Assembly (NCBI GenBank): GCA_963775685.1
Contig: CAVZJV010000014.1
Span: forward strand, 1,536,001 to 1,600,000
Reading direction: 5' to 3'
Length of the DNA stretch: 64,000 nt
Source: Candidatus Bathyarchaeota archaeon
Lineage (GTDB): Archaea > Thermoproteota > Bathyarchaeia > Bathyarchaeales > Bathycorpusculaceae
Below, piece by piece: positions 48,354 to 59,270 of this stretch. The notes beneath the pieces are model-generated. The model saw only the letters and a list, made by a program, of their open reading frames with translations. It was not told where the DNA came from and searched no databases. The stretch's first letter is position 1. Every line of letters starts with the position of its first letter. The position numbers and the translations under genes were made by a program.

Positions 48354-48399
48354 TAAGAATCTAATCTATAGTAGATATGGGGAATACTTATATTTTGCC

Positions 48400-48411
48400 G
48401 CAATATATTGC
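48400..48411. promoter_or_regulatory. Palindrome GCAATATATTGC, candidate PadR operator
   Basis: Perfect 12-bp inverted repeat between divergent padR and the ABC operon; a second (ATCTATAGTAGAT) at 48364..48376. Confidence 0.4.
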
Positions 48412-48442
48412 ACTGAATAATATTGAAGCGTGGTCTCAACAA

Positions 48443-49462
48443 ATGGATAACGGCAACATTATTGAAGTTAACAACTTAACCAAGATGTTTGGAAAGTTCA
48501 CCGCAGTAGACGACATCTCATTTGACGTCAAGAAAGGCGAAATATTCGGCTTGCTAGGGCCAAACGGTGCAGGAAAAAGCACCACCTTAAGAATGCTTTC
48601 CACACTCTCAAGACCAACCAAAGGATCAGCAACCATCGGAGGATACGATACGGTAAAACACGACATGGACGTACGCAAACTAATAGGTATTGTTTCAGAA
48701 AAAATGATCATTTACAACCGTCTAACGGCCAAAGAAAACCTCTGGTTCTTTGGTAGCCTCTTCAACATTCCAAAAGATACACTAAACAAAAGAATCGATG
48801 AATTACTCGAACTTGTTCAACTTTCAAAATGGAAGAACGCCCAAGTTGGAACATTCTCAACAGGCATGCGTCAGAGAATGAACGTTGTTCGTGCCTTACT
48901 TAACATGCCTCAGGTACTGTTCCTTGATGAACCTACGTTAGGTTTAGACCCTCAGTCATCAGTTGAAATCAGGGATTTTGTGAAAAAACTCAACCAGGAA
49001 CAAGGAACCACAGTCATAATAACTACTCATATGATGCTTGACGCTGATTTGCTCTGCGACCGCATAGCAATCGTTGACCATGGAAAAATCATCGCGCTTG
49101 ACACTTCAACTAATCTTAAAAAGATAATTTCAGGAGGAGATACCATGATTATTAAACTTGAAATCGCTAACTTAACACCCGACCTAGTCACCTCAATAAA
49201 AGGGCTCAAATGTGCAGACGCTGTAACCCAAGAAAACTTGACAAGTCTGCATCTTATTGTTCACGGCGAAGAAGCTTTTGATAATATAATCGATACCGTT
49301 AGAGAAAAAAATGGAAAAATTACTTCAATGGCTAACCTTCAGCCTTCCCTAGAAGACGTATTCTTGCATATAACTGGTCACGAAGTTAGGGACAACGCAG
49401 ACCAGAAAATTCCGATGGAGCATGGTCCAAAGTTTGGTGCATCGCCAAGGAGAGTCAGGTGA
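48443..49462 (+). CDS. ABC exporter ATP-binding subunit (DrrA-like)
   Basis: GPNGAGKST, FSTGMRQR, LFLDEPTLGLDP, TTH, PSLEDVFL. Confidence 0.95.
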   Translation: MDNGNIIEVNNLTKMFGKFTAVDDISFDVKKGEIFGLLGPNGAGKSTTLRMLSTLSRPTKGSATIGGYDTVKHDMDVRKLIGIVSEKMIIYNRLTAKENLWFFGSLFNIPKDTLNKRIDELLELVQLSKWKNAQVGTFSTGMRQRMNVVRALLNMPQVLFLDEPTLGLDPQSSVEIRDFVKKLNQEQGTTVIITTHMMLDADLLCDRIAIVDHGKIIALDTSTNLKKIISGGDTMIIKLEIANLTPDLVTSIKGLKCADAVTQENLTSLHLIVHGEEAFDNIIDTVREKNGKITSMANLQPSLEDVFLHITGHEVRDNADQKIPMEHGPKFGASPRRVR

Positions 49463-50652
49463 GTAAGATGACTGCAAAAACAGTTCTTCAGCACAGCTAT
49501 AGAATCGCTAAAAAAGACTTAACGGAACTGTTCAGAAACAGGCTTGGTTTAGTTCTTTTAATCGTTATGCCTTTATTTATGATGGTTATGGTAGGATTTA
49601 TTTACCCATCCAACGGTACGATAACTGATCTAAAAGTTGGCTTGGTCAACGAAGACTCAGGCTTTAACGGCGCCTTTTCTCCAAGTCAAGGCTTCATTAT
49701 GGGTCTAGATTCGATTAACAGTCAAACCCATATGCTCATCATAACCAACGTTAACAGCACCGCGGACCTCAAAGATATGGTACAGAGGGGGCAACTTCAG
49801 GGAGGCATAGACATTCCCAATAATTTCTCTCAAAGCATCATGTCTGGGCAGCAGGGCACTCTCATAATTGTAAGTGACGAATCTAACCCTCAGATATCCG
49901 CCACCATCCAAGCCGCGCTGACAGGTGTCTTTAACGCTATGGGACAACAGTTAGCCATACAAAATGTTTTGCCATTGAATGCCACAGACCCTCTGGCAGT
50001 TGTACAGCCCTATAAAGTACAAACCCAAGGTGTAGTTTCGGGTCACCCAAGCTACTTTGACTTCATTGCTCCAGGCATAATGGCCATGACCGTAATGATG
50101 AGTGTCATGACGGGTTTACCAGTAGCTATCTCACAAGAGAAAGAAATCGGCACCATGGATGGCATGATGGTTGCGCCCGTAAACAGACTCTCGATCCTGC
50201 TGGGCAAAACTATGGCTCAAACCGGCAGAGGCTTAATCCAGGGAGTCATAATCTTGGCCTTGGCGATTGGCATTTTCGGGGTGGCCATACAAGGCAGCAT
50301 CCTGCTGGTGTTTGCGCTACTCTTGCTTGGAGTGTTCAGTTTCGTCGGCTTAGGCATAGTCATAACATCTTTCACCAAGGACCAAGAAACTGCACAGATG
50401 CTCATGATGACACTGATGTTCCCGATGATGTTCCTTAGCGGAGTGTTCTTCCCCATACAGCAGATGCCTTGGTACATGCAGGACATAAGCAAATTACTGC
50501 CACTAACCTATGCGTCCGATGCTCTACGAAAAGTCATGGTGCTAGGCGCAGGCATACCGCAAATATCCACAGAACTCATAATACTCATCGTGTTCGGCAT
50601 AGTCATGATAGCAATCGCACTGCCAGTGTTCAGACGGATGATGACCAGATAG
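49459..50652 (+). CDS. ABC-2 type permease
   Basis: PGIMAM, EKEIGT, SGVFFP, PLTYA. Confidence 0.93.
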   Translation: MSKMTAKTVLQHSYRIAKKDLTELFRNRLGLVLLIVMPLFMMVMVGFIYPSNGTITDLKVGLVNEDSGFNGAFSPSQGFIMGLDSINSQTHMLIITNVNSTADLKDMVQRGQLQGGIDIPNNFSQSIMSGQQGTLIIVSDESNPQISATIQAALTGVFNAMGQQLAIQNVLPLNATDPLAVVQPYKVQTQGVVSGHPSYFDFIAPGIMAMTVMMSVMTGLPVAISQEKEIGTMDGMMVAPVNRLSILLGKTMAQTGRGLIQGVIILALAIGIFGVAIQGSILLVFALLLLGVFSFVGLGIVITSFTKDQETAQMLMMTLMFPMMFLSGVFFPIQQMPWYMQDISKLLPLTYASDALRKVMVLGAGIPQISTELIILIVFGIVMIAIALPVFRRMMTR

Positions 50653-50662
50653 GAGAACCAAA

Positions 50663-50818
50663 ATGAGCACACTCTGTTCCAAATGCCCCTTCTTCCAACT
50701 TGCCCCTTTGCTAAGACGCAAAAACGCTCGCAAACGCTGCCGCATCGAACCCCAAAGACAACTCCGTATCTACGAATGCAAAGACTTCCCCGAAAAAAAG
50801 GGACTCTTCAAAAATTAA
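50663..50818 (+). CDS. 51-aa basic four-Cys miniprotein (not in ORF track)
   Basis: AGGAG RBS then MSTLCSKCPFFQLAPLLRRKNARKRCRIEPQRQLRIYECKDFPEKKGLFKN*, followed by a T-tract. Confidence 0.6.
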   Translation: MSTLCSKCPFFQLAPLLRRKNARKRCRIEPQRQLRIYECKDFPEKKGLFKN

Positions 50819-50897
50819 TTATTTTTTTTACTTTTTTTGATCTTTCGGAAATAGAATTGTGGTTTTTTGAGGGTTTTCCATGCGAAAGGAAAAAATT

Positions 50898-51086
50898 TCA
50901 AGCCTTTACCTGATCGGCGTTCTGTCTTTCTTGGTAATCAGTTGTCGAGAAAGAAGAGAGAATTAGGATGCTAAGAAAGCATGGAATCCATATTCTAAAG
51001 TCCATGAAATAAACTAAGCCTGTGAACGGCAGGGCAACAATCAGAACATCAAGTATGAAAAACACCCTAGCCCAAACCAAGCCCAT
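50898..51086 (-). CDS. Small two-TM membrane protein
   Basis: Two hydrophobic segments; AAGGA upstream. Confidence 0.5.
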   Translation of the reverse strand: MGLVWARVFFILDVLIVALPFTGLVYFMDFRIWIPCFLSILILSSFSTTDYQERQNADQVKA

Positions 51087-51303
51087 AATTAATCCTTCTT
51101 TTCATGCTGCCTGGTTTAGCAAACATAACAGAAGCAACCAACAAGACCGTCACAAAGCCGGGTGTAGCAATCCATACCAAAAGGCTATCCGTCTCAGTAG
51201 CCAAAGTTACGAACGCTGCAATCTCGACGGAGATGACTGCGTATATCAGCAGAGGATACAAGATAGGCTTCCTTGCCTTTTTCATCATAGTTAAAACTGA
51301 CAT
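51067..51303 (-). CDS. Small two-TM membrane protein
   Basis: Two hydrophobic segments; overlaps the next small ORF. Confidence 0.5.
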   Translation of the reverse strand: MSVLTMMKKARKPILYPLLIYAVISVEIAAFVTLATETDSLLVWIATPGFVTVLLVASVMFAKPGSMKRRINYGLGLG

Positions 51304-51518
51304 TAATTCTTTTTCAAATGAATATGAGCAGTTAATGTTTAAGTTTGTTGTTTTGTTTAGGAATTTCTGAATCTCATGTAGCTGGCATATACGTAGATGG
51401 GAAAAAAATAATGATGGAAATCTGTAGAACGAGGTTGTTTACAGTTGTTTTGGTGGGTTGCTCCCGTTACGGTTTTATATGCAAACTCAGGCATACAAGA
51501 AGCAAGAAGAGATTCCTC

Positions 51519-52961
51519 ATGTCTGATATTGGAGTTACCGTAAAGAAATGTCAGGATTTCAGCGAATGGTACGTTGAAGTCGTTTTGAAAGCTGAGCTTG
51601 CAGATTACGCGCCTGTGAAGGGGTGCATGATTATTCGCCCCGACGCTTATGCGGTTTGGGAAAAAGTTCAGGAGGTTGTAAACCAGAAAATCAAAGCCAC
51701 AGGCCACCGCAACACCTATTTCCCCATGTTTATCCCAGAAGCTTTCCTCAAAAAGGAAGCCGAGCATTTCGAGGGGTTCACCCCAGAAGTCGCGTGGATC
51801 ACTCAGGGCGGCAATACCCCATTGGAGGAAAAGTTGGCGGTTCGCCCTACCAGCGAAACCATCATGTATGCGATGTTTAGTAAGTGGATACGCAGTTGGA
51901 GAGATTTGCCTCTCAAAATTAATCAATGGTGCAACATCGTCAGATGGGAAACGAAAGCCACAAAGCTGTTTTTACGTACACGCGAGTTCCTCTGGCAGGA
52001 AGGTCATACAGCGCATGCCACAAGCGAAGAAGCCGAAGCCGAAGTAATGTGGGCTTTAAACATGTACAAGGATGTAGTAGAGAATTACCTTGCTATCCCA
52101 GTTATCATTGGCACCAAGAGTGACAGCGAAAAGTTTGCAGGCGCTCTTTACACTACAGCGCTTGAATCCATCATGCCCGATGGAAAAGCCCTTCAGATGG
52201 GTACCAGCCACAACCTCGGTCAACACTTTGCCAAAGTATTTGACGTCAAATTCATAGGGGAAGATAAGCAGGATCATTATGTTTGGCAAACCAGTTGGGG
52301 CGTTACCACACGGCTCATAGGCGCCATGATTATGGTTCACGGCGACGACAAGGGCTTGATTATGCCACCCAAAGTTGCGCCAACGCAAGTTGTCATCGTT
52401 CCAATTCCATTCAAGGGCCAAGAAGCTGAAGCAATCGCATCAAAAACAAAGGAGATCGCGGAGACCCTAAAAGCCAAAGGCGTAAGCGTAATCTTAGATG
52501 ATCGAAACGAATACACTCCAGGCTGGAAATTTCACCAGTGGGAACTCAAAGGTATCCCAATCCGCATAGAGCTCGGACCACGTGACCTAAAACAAGAACA
52601 AGTGGTAATGGTACGACGCGATACCTGCCAGAAAACTCCAGTCAAAGAAACTGACATCTCTGCCACCGTTGAAAAACTGCTACAAGAAATACAAGACAAT
52701 ATGCTCGCCAAAGCCAGAGCAATCTTGCAAGACAAAACCAGCTTGGTTCAAACTTACGAGGAATTCAAGAAAGTACTCGAGGAGAAGGGGGGGTTCCTCA
52801 AAGCGGCCTGGTGCGGTAGCCCAGACTGCGAGAAAAAGGTTAAGGATGAAACGGGCGCAACCATCCGCATTCGACCATTCAAAGTTGAGGAACCAACCAC
52901 CGGTTGTATTGTGTGTGGGGAGAAAGCTAAAGAAACAGTGTATTTTGCAAGGTCTTACTAA
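51519..52961 (+). CDS. proS: Proline--tRNA ligase (archaeal/eukaryotic type)
   Basis: FSEWY, RPTSET, FLRTREFLWQEGH, QTSWG, C-terminal FARSY. Confidence 0.97.
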   Translation: MSDIGVTVKKCQDFSEWYVEVVLKAELADYAPVKGCMIIRPDAYAVWEKVQEVVNQKIKATGHRNTYFPMFIPEAFLKKEAEHFEGFTPEVAWITQGGNTPLEEKLAVRPTSETIMYAMFSKWIRSWRDLPLKINQWCNIVRWETKATKLFLRTREFLWQEGHTAHATSEEAEAEVMWALNMYKDVVENYLAIPVIIGTKSDSEKFAGALYTTALESIMPDGKALQMGTSHNLGQHFAKVFDVKFIGEDKQDHYVWQTSWGVTTRLIGAMIMVHGDDKGLIMPPKVAPTQVVIVPIPFKGQEAEAIASKTKEIAETLKAKGVSVILDDRNEYTPGWKFHQWELKGIPIRIELGPRDLKQEQVVMVRRDTCQKTPVKETDISATVEKLLQEIQDNMLAKARAILQDKTSLVQTYEEFKKVLEEKGGFLKAAWCGSPDCEKKVKDETGATIRIRPFKVEEPTTGCIVCGEKAKETVYFARSY

Positions 52962-54784
52962 TCTGACTTAGCGGACTTAAGTTGGCTTGCCACGTCAGCT
53001 AACCCCAACTTTTCCAGGGTTTCCTTTTTTGGAACACCATTTTTGTCCCATCCCCGCTTCAAATAATAAATATCGAGCATGTAGTTGTATTTTTCTAAGT
53101 CAAGCACTGAACCTTTGAATGTACCTTCAGCTAAGGGGTCGTTGAACCAACGCATGGGCGGAACATCCAAGTCCCGACTCCATTTATCGTCGTATTCTCG
53201 AACCCAGAAGGCTCGAATTAAATTGAGAATTCGGTCACTAATCAGGTTTAACATGTCCAGCGAAATGTCCTTTCCTGTTGAAGCGCGCAGGTATTTGTGG
53301 TACCATTCAAGCTCAAGACCCAGCGAGGTATGAGGGAAACGGCAGACAGTTAGGGCTTCGAAGGCTCCGCCGCGAATAAGCTGGGTTTTGATAAGGTATT
53401 CGACTTTTGCTTGGTCATAGGTTCCTCTGCCATTCTTGATTTCCCAAGTGATTATCCATGCGTCTTTGTGGTGGGCGCCAATCGAGCTGGTGCCGTATGC
53501 CAAAGCCATGCCGGGTGCAGTATGGCAGTCGTAAGCCGAGACTTCTAAGCCTTTTACATGCATTGCCCAATCGCCAGAGCCCTTGCCGATGGCTGCGGAT
53601 GCAGCTCGGACGCCGTTCGCTAAAACATCTCCTAAACCGCGTCTGTAACCGATGTCGTTAATTAAGGCCTTAATTGCCTCAAAGTCGCCCCAGCCTATCT
53701 TCTCAGATATCAACCCCTTCTGGGAAGCTTCCATCGCAAACCCGATAACATTCCCAAGAGAAATAGTGTCAAGACTAAATTCGTCGGCCATACGGTTTAA
53801 GGTGGCGACTTGCGATAGGTTCCCTACACCGATGTTTGAGCCAAGCATAACCACGTTCTCGTAATCCAACTCTGAGTCTTTTCCTTCGCTGTCTTTGACG
53901 ACGTTTCCACAGGTCATGTTGCATTGGGGGCAGCCGCGGTTTGAAGACTTCAGTTTTTCCATTGTAAAACCGCTTATGCCTTCGGCTTGGTCGAAAACAC
54001 CCTGCTTGAAGTTGAATGTGGGTAAGGCGCTGTTTTCTTGACTCCACTCTACTGTTGACATGGTACCTTGCCGTTTCCAAAAAGAATAAAGCGGCTTAGC
54101 CAAAAGCTCTTTATAACCAGCCACTGCCAACCTTTTCATTTCCTCAGGATATGCAAGAGGAATCGGTATTGTGCCTTCGATTACGATGGCTTTAAGGTTC
54201 TTGCTGCCCATAACCGCGCCCATCCCAGGCCGCCCCCCGGCTCGCCCCTTCTGCGAAACCACGGTGGCAAACCTAACAAGGTTCTCTCCGCCAGGACCGA
54301 TAGAAACAATCCCCGCCAGTTGGGAGTATTTTTTTTTAAGGTGTTCTTCAGCGGCAAAGGAGCTTTTGCCCCACAAATCTCCCGCATCCAAAAACTCACA
54401 TGTTTTGTTTTTGATATGAAGTATGACAGGCGTTGACGCTTTTCCCTCAATGACAAGGGCGTCGTAACCAGCTTTGCGTATGTTAACTGCTGCCCATGAA
54501 CCTGAGTTGCCGTCGCCGTAGCCACCGGTTAGAGGGCTTTTTGAGGCTATGACAAGTTTGCCGCTGTTAGGCAACCCAATACCCGTTAATGGTCCAGTTG
54601 CAAAGATAAGTTTGTTTTCGGGTGAAAGTGGGTCGGTTCCTTGTTTTATGGTGTCCCAGAGGATTTTAGCAGCAAATCCTCTGCCGCCCAAAAAATTCAA
54701 TGCTAACTCTTCGCTGAACTCTTCGGAGGCAGCATAGCTTTTAGTCAAGTCTATGTTCAGAAATGCACCTGTCCAACCCTGCAT
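52958..54784 (-). CDS. aor: Tungsten-dependent aldehyde:ferredoxin oxidoreductase family
   Basis: KSPLTG, GRPGMGAVMGSKNLKA, CPQCNMTC, DTIS, VKGLE, RGWD..GVP. Confidence 0.92.
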   Translation of the reverse strand: MQGWTGAFLNIDLTKSYAASEEFSEELALNFLGGRGFAAKILWDTIKQGTDPLSPENKLIFATGPLTGIGLPNSGKLVIASKSPLTGGYGDGNSGSWAAVNIRKAGYDALVIEGKASTPVILHIKNKTCEFLDAGDLWGKSSFAAEEHLKKKYSQLAGIVSIGPGGENLVRFATVVSQKGRAGGRPGMGAVMGSKNLKAIVIEGTIPIPLAYPEEMKRLAVAGYKELLAKPLYSFWKRQGTMSTVEWSQENSALPTFNFKQGVFDQAEGISGFTMEKLKSSNRGCPQCNMTCGNVVKDSEGKDSELDYENVVMLGSNIGVGNLSQVATLNRMADEFSLDTISLGNVIGFAMEASQKGLISEKIGWGDFEAIKALINDIGYRRGLGDVLANGVRAASAAIGKGSGDWAMHVKGLEVSAYDCHTAPGMALAYGTSSIGAHHKDAWIITWEIKNGRGTYDQAKVEYLIKTQLIRGGAFEALTVCRFPHTSLGLELEWYHKYLRASTGKDISLDMLNLISDRILNLIRAFWVREYDDKWSRDLDVPPMRWFNDPLAEGTFKGSVLDLEKYNYMLDIYYLKRGWDKNGVPKKETLEKLGLADVASQLKSAKSD

Positions 54785-54917
54785 AATTTACCAAAACCAT
54801 GTGTACCTTAGAAAAAACGAAAATAAAAATGTACTGAGAACGTTCTACCATCACGTTGTACCTCTTATTTTTATTTGATGAAACACTCTTCAAAGCAAAA
54901 AAACATAAAGAGAAAGC

Positions 54918-54933
54918 AGCTGCATATGCAGCT
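54918..54933. promoter_or_regulatory. Perfect 16-bp palindrome AGCTGCATATGCAGCT
   Basis: Abuts the TTG start at 54934 in the divergent aor/surface-protein region. Confidence 0.4.
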
Positions 54934-56929
54934 TTGAAGCAAGGATTAATAATAATATTGTTCTTCTTGGTTACAGCAAGTGTTGTTGTGGGGGTACATG
55001 TAACAAGCGCCCAAACAATCATTGTTCCAAATGATTACCCTACAATTCAGACTGCAGTTGATGCAGCCAATAGCGGTGATACTGTTCGGGTGGCAGCTGG
55101 AAGATACTATGGACGCATAGTAGTCGATAAGTCAGTAGCGATTATCGGAGAATCTGCTGAATCTACGTTCATATATTGCACGCAAGAAACCTATGATCCA
55201 TATATCAACTTAGGCAACCGTTTGACATATCCGCTAACAATGTCTTAATCGCAAACCTGTCAATCCTTCAGGCTAATGAATACTACGGAGCGATAAAAGC
55301 AAGCAATGTTAACAATCTGCAAATAAGGAATAATATTTTTGGTCAGAGCAGGTCTAGCGTCATCGCCATTGAACTTGATAGCTGCGTTAACTTCTTAATA
55401 ACAGACAATTACATACAAGCATCTGGACAAATTGATATTAGAAACTCCACAGACTTGGAAGTATTAAGAAACAAGCTATCAAACACCGACTACTCAATCA
55501 AGCTGTACACCTCGTCCAATGTTCGTTTAGAAGAAAACTCTATTCTGCAAAGTCATGAAGGGATACAGATCACGGATTCAATGAACACTGTGCTAATCCA
55601 ACACAGTATCGATTCTCTTTATGGCGCAACAAACGCTATTAGATTAATTCGGAGTCCCGGAAGCGGGCTAACAGGAAACGAGATTACAAACTCAACAGGC
55701 GGTTTCTTGATTAGCGAGTCGGGTTCTTGTGAGTTTAGAAATAACGTTGTTAAAGATACGTATGTTTTCGGTTGGGGCGGTTCGGGCTTTGGCGTTGTCG
55801 GCTACAAGCTTGAAGACTTCACTCAAAACATTGATGCTTCGAATACTATCGAGTGCAAACCCATTTACTACCTACAAAATATACATGGAATATCAATTGA
55901 TCCTTCAAACTATCCAATGCTGCTGGTTATCTGGCTTTAATTGGGTCTTCGGACGTTAAAGTCGAAGGTTTCACTCTCAGCGGATGTTCTCAAGGAATAT
56001 TACTTGCCCAGACAACTGATTCACAGATAAGAAATAATACAATTTCCAATTCTGCCGATTGGATTAGTCTGTTATGCTACTCAACTGGAAATTTGATTTA
56101 TGGAAACAAATTTGAGGCAAACCAGAATAGTATCCACTCTTACTACTCCGACAATAATGAAATTCTTAATAATGACATGACTCAATCAGGAACTGTTTGG
56201 ATAGATACCTCCTTTAACTATCGAATAGTTGCGAACGATTTGGGAGGTATGAAACTTGTTCAGGCAGAAAATATCTCTGCCTACCACAACAACTTTGTGA
56301 ATTCCAGTTATAACTTAGGTTCACATTACACGACCGATTTAGGGTATCCCACCGGCGGCAGCTACCACATTGATTATAATGGTGTAGACGAAAAGAGCGG
56401 AATTTCTCAAGGGGTGCCAGATCCAGATGGGATAGGTGACACCGCCTACTATACCACTGATTATTACCCATTAATGTCGCACGTTTACCTATTTGATGCG
56501 GGACCTTGGGGTGGAGAAAACGTCTATGTTTCGCTGGAAAGCAACTCTACCATATCCAACTTCAAAATTGACAATGCAAACCACTTTGTTAGCTTCACTG
56601 CTTCAGGAAATGCAGGGTTAACCGGTTTTGTGAGAGCAGAAATTCCTCAAATCATAAGCAAGAACACTTGGGGAGGCGACTTCCAAATTCTTGTTAACGG
56701 AAAATCCTATCCGTATACGACAATAGAAGGAACCAAAAATGATTATGCATATGTAAGTTACCCAAATGAAGCAACCAAGTCTGCTGAACATGATGAAAAT
56801 CCATTATTTTCAGGCCAAGAGGTCCCTTTATTAATCGTTGCAGTTTTGTTGATAGGAATCATTACGATTTTATCTTTTTTGCTTAGGAAAAAGCGGTCAA
56901 AAAATATGATAAAAGACCACAATTCTTAA
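54934..56929 (+). pseudogene. NosD/CASH parallel beta-helix surface protein split by two frameshifts
   Basis: Signal peptide, IIVPNDYPTIQTAVDAA, NN-ladder repeats and C-terminal TM + RKK; shifts near 55220 and 55917 join three ORFs. Confidence 0.85.
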
Positions 56930-57029
56930 CTCAGTAATTCTTATTCCCATTTCGTGTGGTTCAAATCTATTTGCCCAATTGCACCTAAAGTTTTGCTAGA
57001 TACATTTATTTTTTGGGCTATCAAGTGTT

Positions 57030-58286
57030 GTGGTTACAGGTAAAGCTGCTTTGGCGCACGTTAAAGTCACGGAAAGAGCAAGCAACATTGAATATGCAAT
57101 ACGAGACGTCATAGTGCATACTCAGGAACTGATTACGAATGGCAAAAAAATTTATTACCTAAACATAGGCGACCCTACCGCATTCGATTTCAAAACACCA
57201 CAGTACGTCAAAGATGCCTTATGCAGGGCGATTGACTGTGATGATAACTATTATTCTCCTTCAGAGGGACAACCGGAACTGCGGGAAGCCATCGTGCGCA
57301 AAGAAAAAAGAGTCAATTCTGTGGATATAACTTCGGATAACGTCTTGATTACCGAGGGCATTTCTGAAGGTATCCAGATGATTCTGGCAGCGTTGGTTGA
57401 GAAAGGTGACGAAATCCTTTTTCCCGGACCAACCTACCCACCATACATATCATATACCAAATTCTTCGAGGGCACACCTGTCTCCTATGAAACCATCGAA
57501 AAAGAAGGCTGGGTTCCCAACATAGATGACCTCCGAAGCAAGATTTCGCCTAAAACGCGTGCTATAGTAATCACTAACCCCAACAACCCAACTGGTAGTG
57601 TCTATAACGCAAAGTGCATTAAAGAAATGCTCGATATTGCTGGCGAATACAACCTGCCGGTTCTTTCGGATGAGATTTATGACCAATTAACTTATGAGAA
57701 AGAATTCGTCAGCGCCGCCCATCTCGCCAAAGATGTCCCCGTGGTCGGTTTAAACGGGTTCTCCAAGGTTTACCAGATGACGGGATGGCGATTGGGCTAC
57801 ATGTACTTTAAAGGAGCCGACAGACAACTCGACGACCTTAAACTGGGCGTAGAGAAACAGTGCCGAATTCGCCTCTGCGCCAACACGCCTGTGCAAATCG
57901 CCGGGGCTGCCGCACTTGACGGCCCCCAAGATTTCGTCAAGGGCATAGTTGACCGGCTGCGCGAAAGACGCGACTATGCGTGGAAACGCCTAAATGAAAT
58001 CGAAGGCATCAGTGCAACTAAGCCTGAAGGCGCATTTTACATCTTCCCCAAAATCCATGACGTCGGCACAAGGTGGAAAACCGACATGGAATTTGTTGTG
58101 GAACTTCTCAGAGAAACAGGAGTCTTAATTGTCAACGGCTCAGGCTTTGATCCCGTGTACGGTAAAGATCACGCAAGAATTGTTTTCCTTCCTCCCTGCG
58201 AAGAACTCGAAGAAGCTTTCAACTGCATAGAGAAATTCATGAATAAAAAGCAGAAAACAAGCCGCAGCCATGTGGGCCACGGTTAA
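57030..58286 (+). CDS. Class I/II PLP aminotransferase (alanine aminotransferase-like)
   Basis: IEYAIRD, LNIGDP, NPNNPTG, SDEIY, GFSK...TGWRLG. Confidence 0.9.
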   Translation: MVTGKAALAHVKVTERASNIEYAIRDVIVHTQELITNGKKIYYLNIGDPTAFDFKTPQYVKDALCRAIDCDDNYYSPSEGQPELREAIVRKEKRVNSVDITSDNVLITEGISEGIQMILAALVEKGDEILFPGPTYPPYISYTKFFEGTPVSYETIEKEGWVPNIDDLRSKISPKTRAIVITNPNNPTGSVYNAKCIKEMLDIAGEYNLPVLSDEIYDQLTYEKEFVSAAHLAKDVPVVGLNGFSKVYQMTGWRLGYMYFKGADRQLDDLKLGVEKQCRIRLCANTPVQIAGAAALDGPQDFVKGIVDRLRERRDYAWKRLNEIEGISATKPEGAFYIFPKIHDVGTRWKTDMEFVVELLRETGVLIVNGSGFDPVYGKDHARIVFLPPCEELEEAFNCIEKFMNKKQKTSRSHVGHG

Positions 58287-58291
58287 AGAAC

Positions 58292-59176
58292 TTAGATTCT
58301 TGTGCCGTTCTTGGGGTTTTCGATTACTTTTTGGAATTCAGCCATCAACTTTTTGGTGACCGGCCCAGGTTTGCCGTTGCCGATTTGACGTTTGTTAACT
58401 TCGCGGATGGGCACCATCTCCATGGCTGTGCCGGTGAAGAATGCTTCGTCAGCGGTAAATAGCATAAACGGTGTCAGGTTAGTTATGATGAGATCTATGC
58501 CGAGGTTTCCACATAGTTCAGCGACAACGTCAGCGGTGATGCCTGCAAGTGCGCCTGTTGAGGTGGGTGGGGTGAAGACCTCGTGGTCTTTAACTATGAA
58601 TACGTTTTCGCCGACGCCTTCTGCGATGTAACCGTTGCTTTCGAGGCATATTGCTTCGTCTACGCCACATGCATTGGCTTCAATTTTTGCTAGCACGCTG
58701 TTTAGGTAATTGAGAGATTTTATCTCGTGTGTGGTTGCGTCCACTGGGTTTCTGCGGACCCAGCTAAACATTGTGGTTATGCCGACTTCTTTGGCGTTGC
58801 TTGCCTTTATGTTGATTGTGTCAGTTATGATTATGACTGTTGGTTTGGGGCATTTGCGCGGATCTAGACCCAAATCACCAATTCCTCTTGAGACGATTAA
58901 ACGTATGTAGCTGTCCTTCATCTTGTTCTTTTGAAGGGTTTCAACGACAGCTTTGGTCATCTCTTCTTTTGTTAGCGGAATTTGGAGCATTATGGCATGC
59001 GCGCTATGGTATAAGCGGTCGATGTGCTCTTTAAGTTTGAAAACAACGCCGTTGTACATGCGGATGCCTTCGAAAACGCCGTCGCCGTAGAGGAATCCGT
59101 GGTCGTAAACGGAGATTTTAGCCTGTGACTTAGGGTAGAATTCGCCGTCGATGTAGATTTGTAATTCGCTGATCAT
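58292..59176 (-). CDS. ilvE: Branched-chain amino acid aminotransferase
   Basis: DHGFLYGDGVFEG, KSLNY, EGVGENVF, ADEAFFTGT. Confidence 0.95.
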   Translation of the reverse strand: MISELQIYIDGEFYPKSQAKISVYDHGFLYGDGVFEGIRMYNGVVFKLKEHIDRLYHSAHAIMLQIPLTKEEMTKAVVETLQKNKMKDSYIRLIVSRGIGDLGLDPRKCPKPTVIIITDTINIKASNAKEVGITTMFSWVRRNPVDATTHEIKSLNYLNSVLAKIEANACGVDEAICLESNGYIAEGVGENVFIVKDHEVFTPPTSTGALAGITADVVAELCGNLGIDLIITNLTPFMLFTADEAFFTGTAMEMVPIREVNKRQIGNGKPGPVTKKLMAEFQKVIENPKNGTRI

Positions 59177-59270
59177 CTGTTTTCCTCTTCTTGGATGACT
59201 GTTTCATATTGCCCAATTGTTTGATATAGTTTACCCCAACGATACGCACGATTCGTTTACAGGGACTTTA

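Noticed and set aside
50683-50913. 76-aa ORF from the track
   Set aside because: Runs through a T-tract; the alternative frame 50663..50818 has the RBS and Cys pattern
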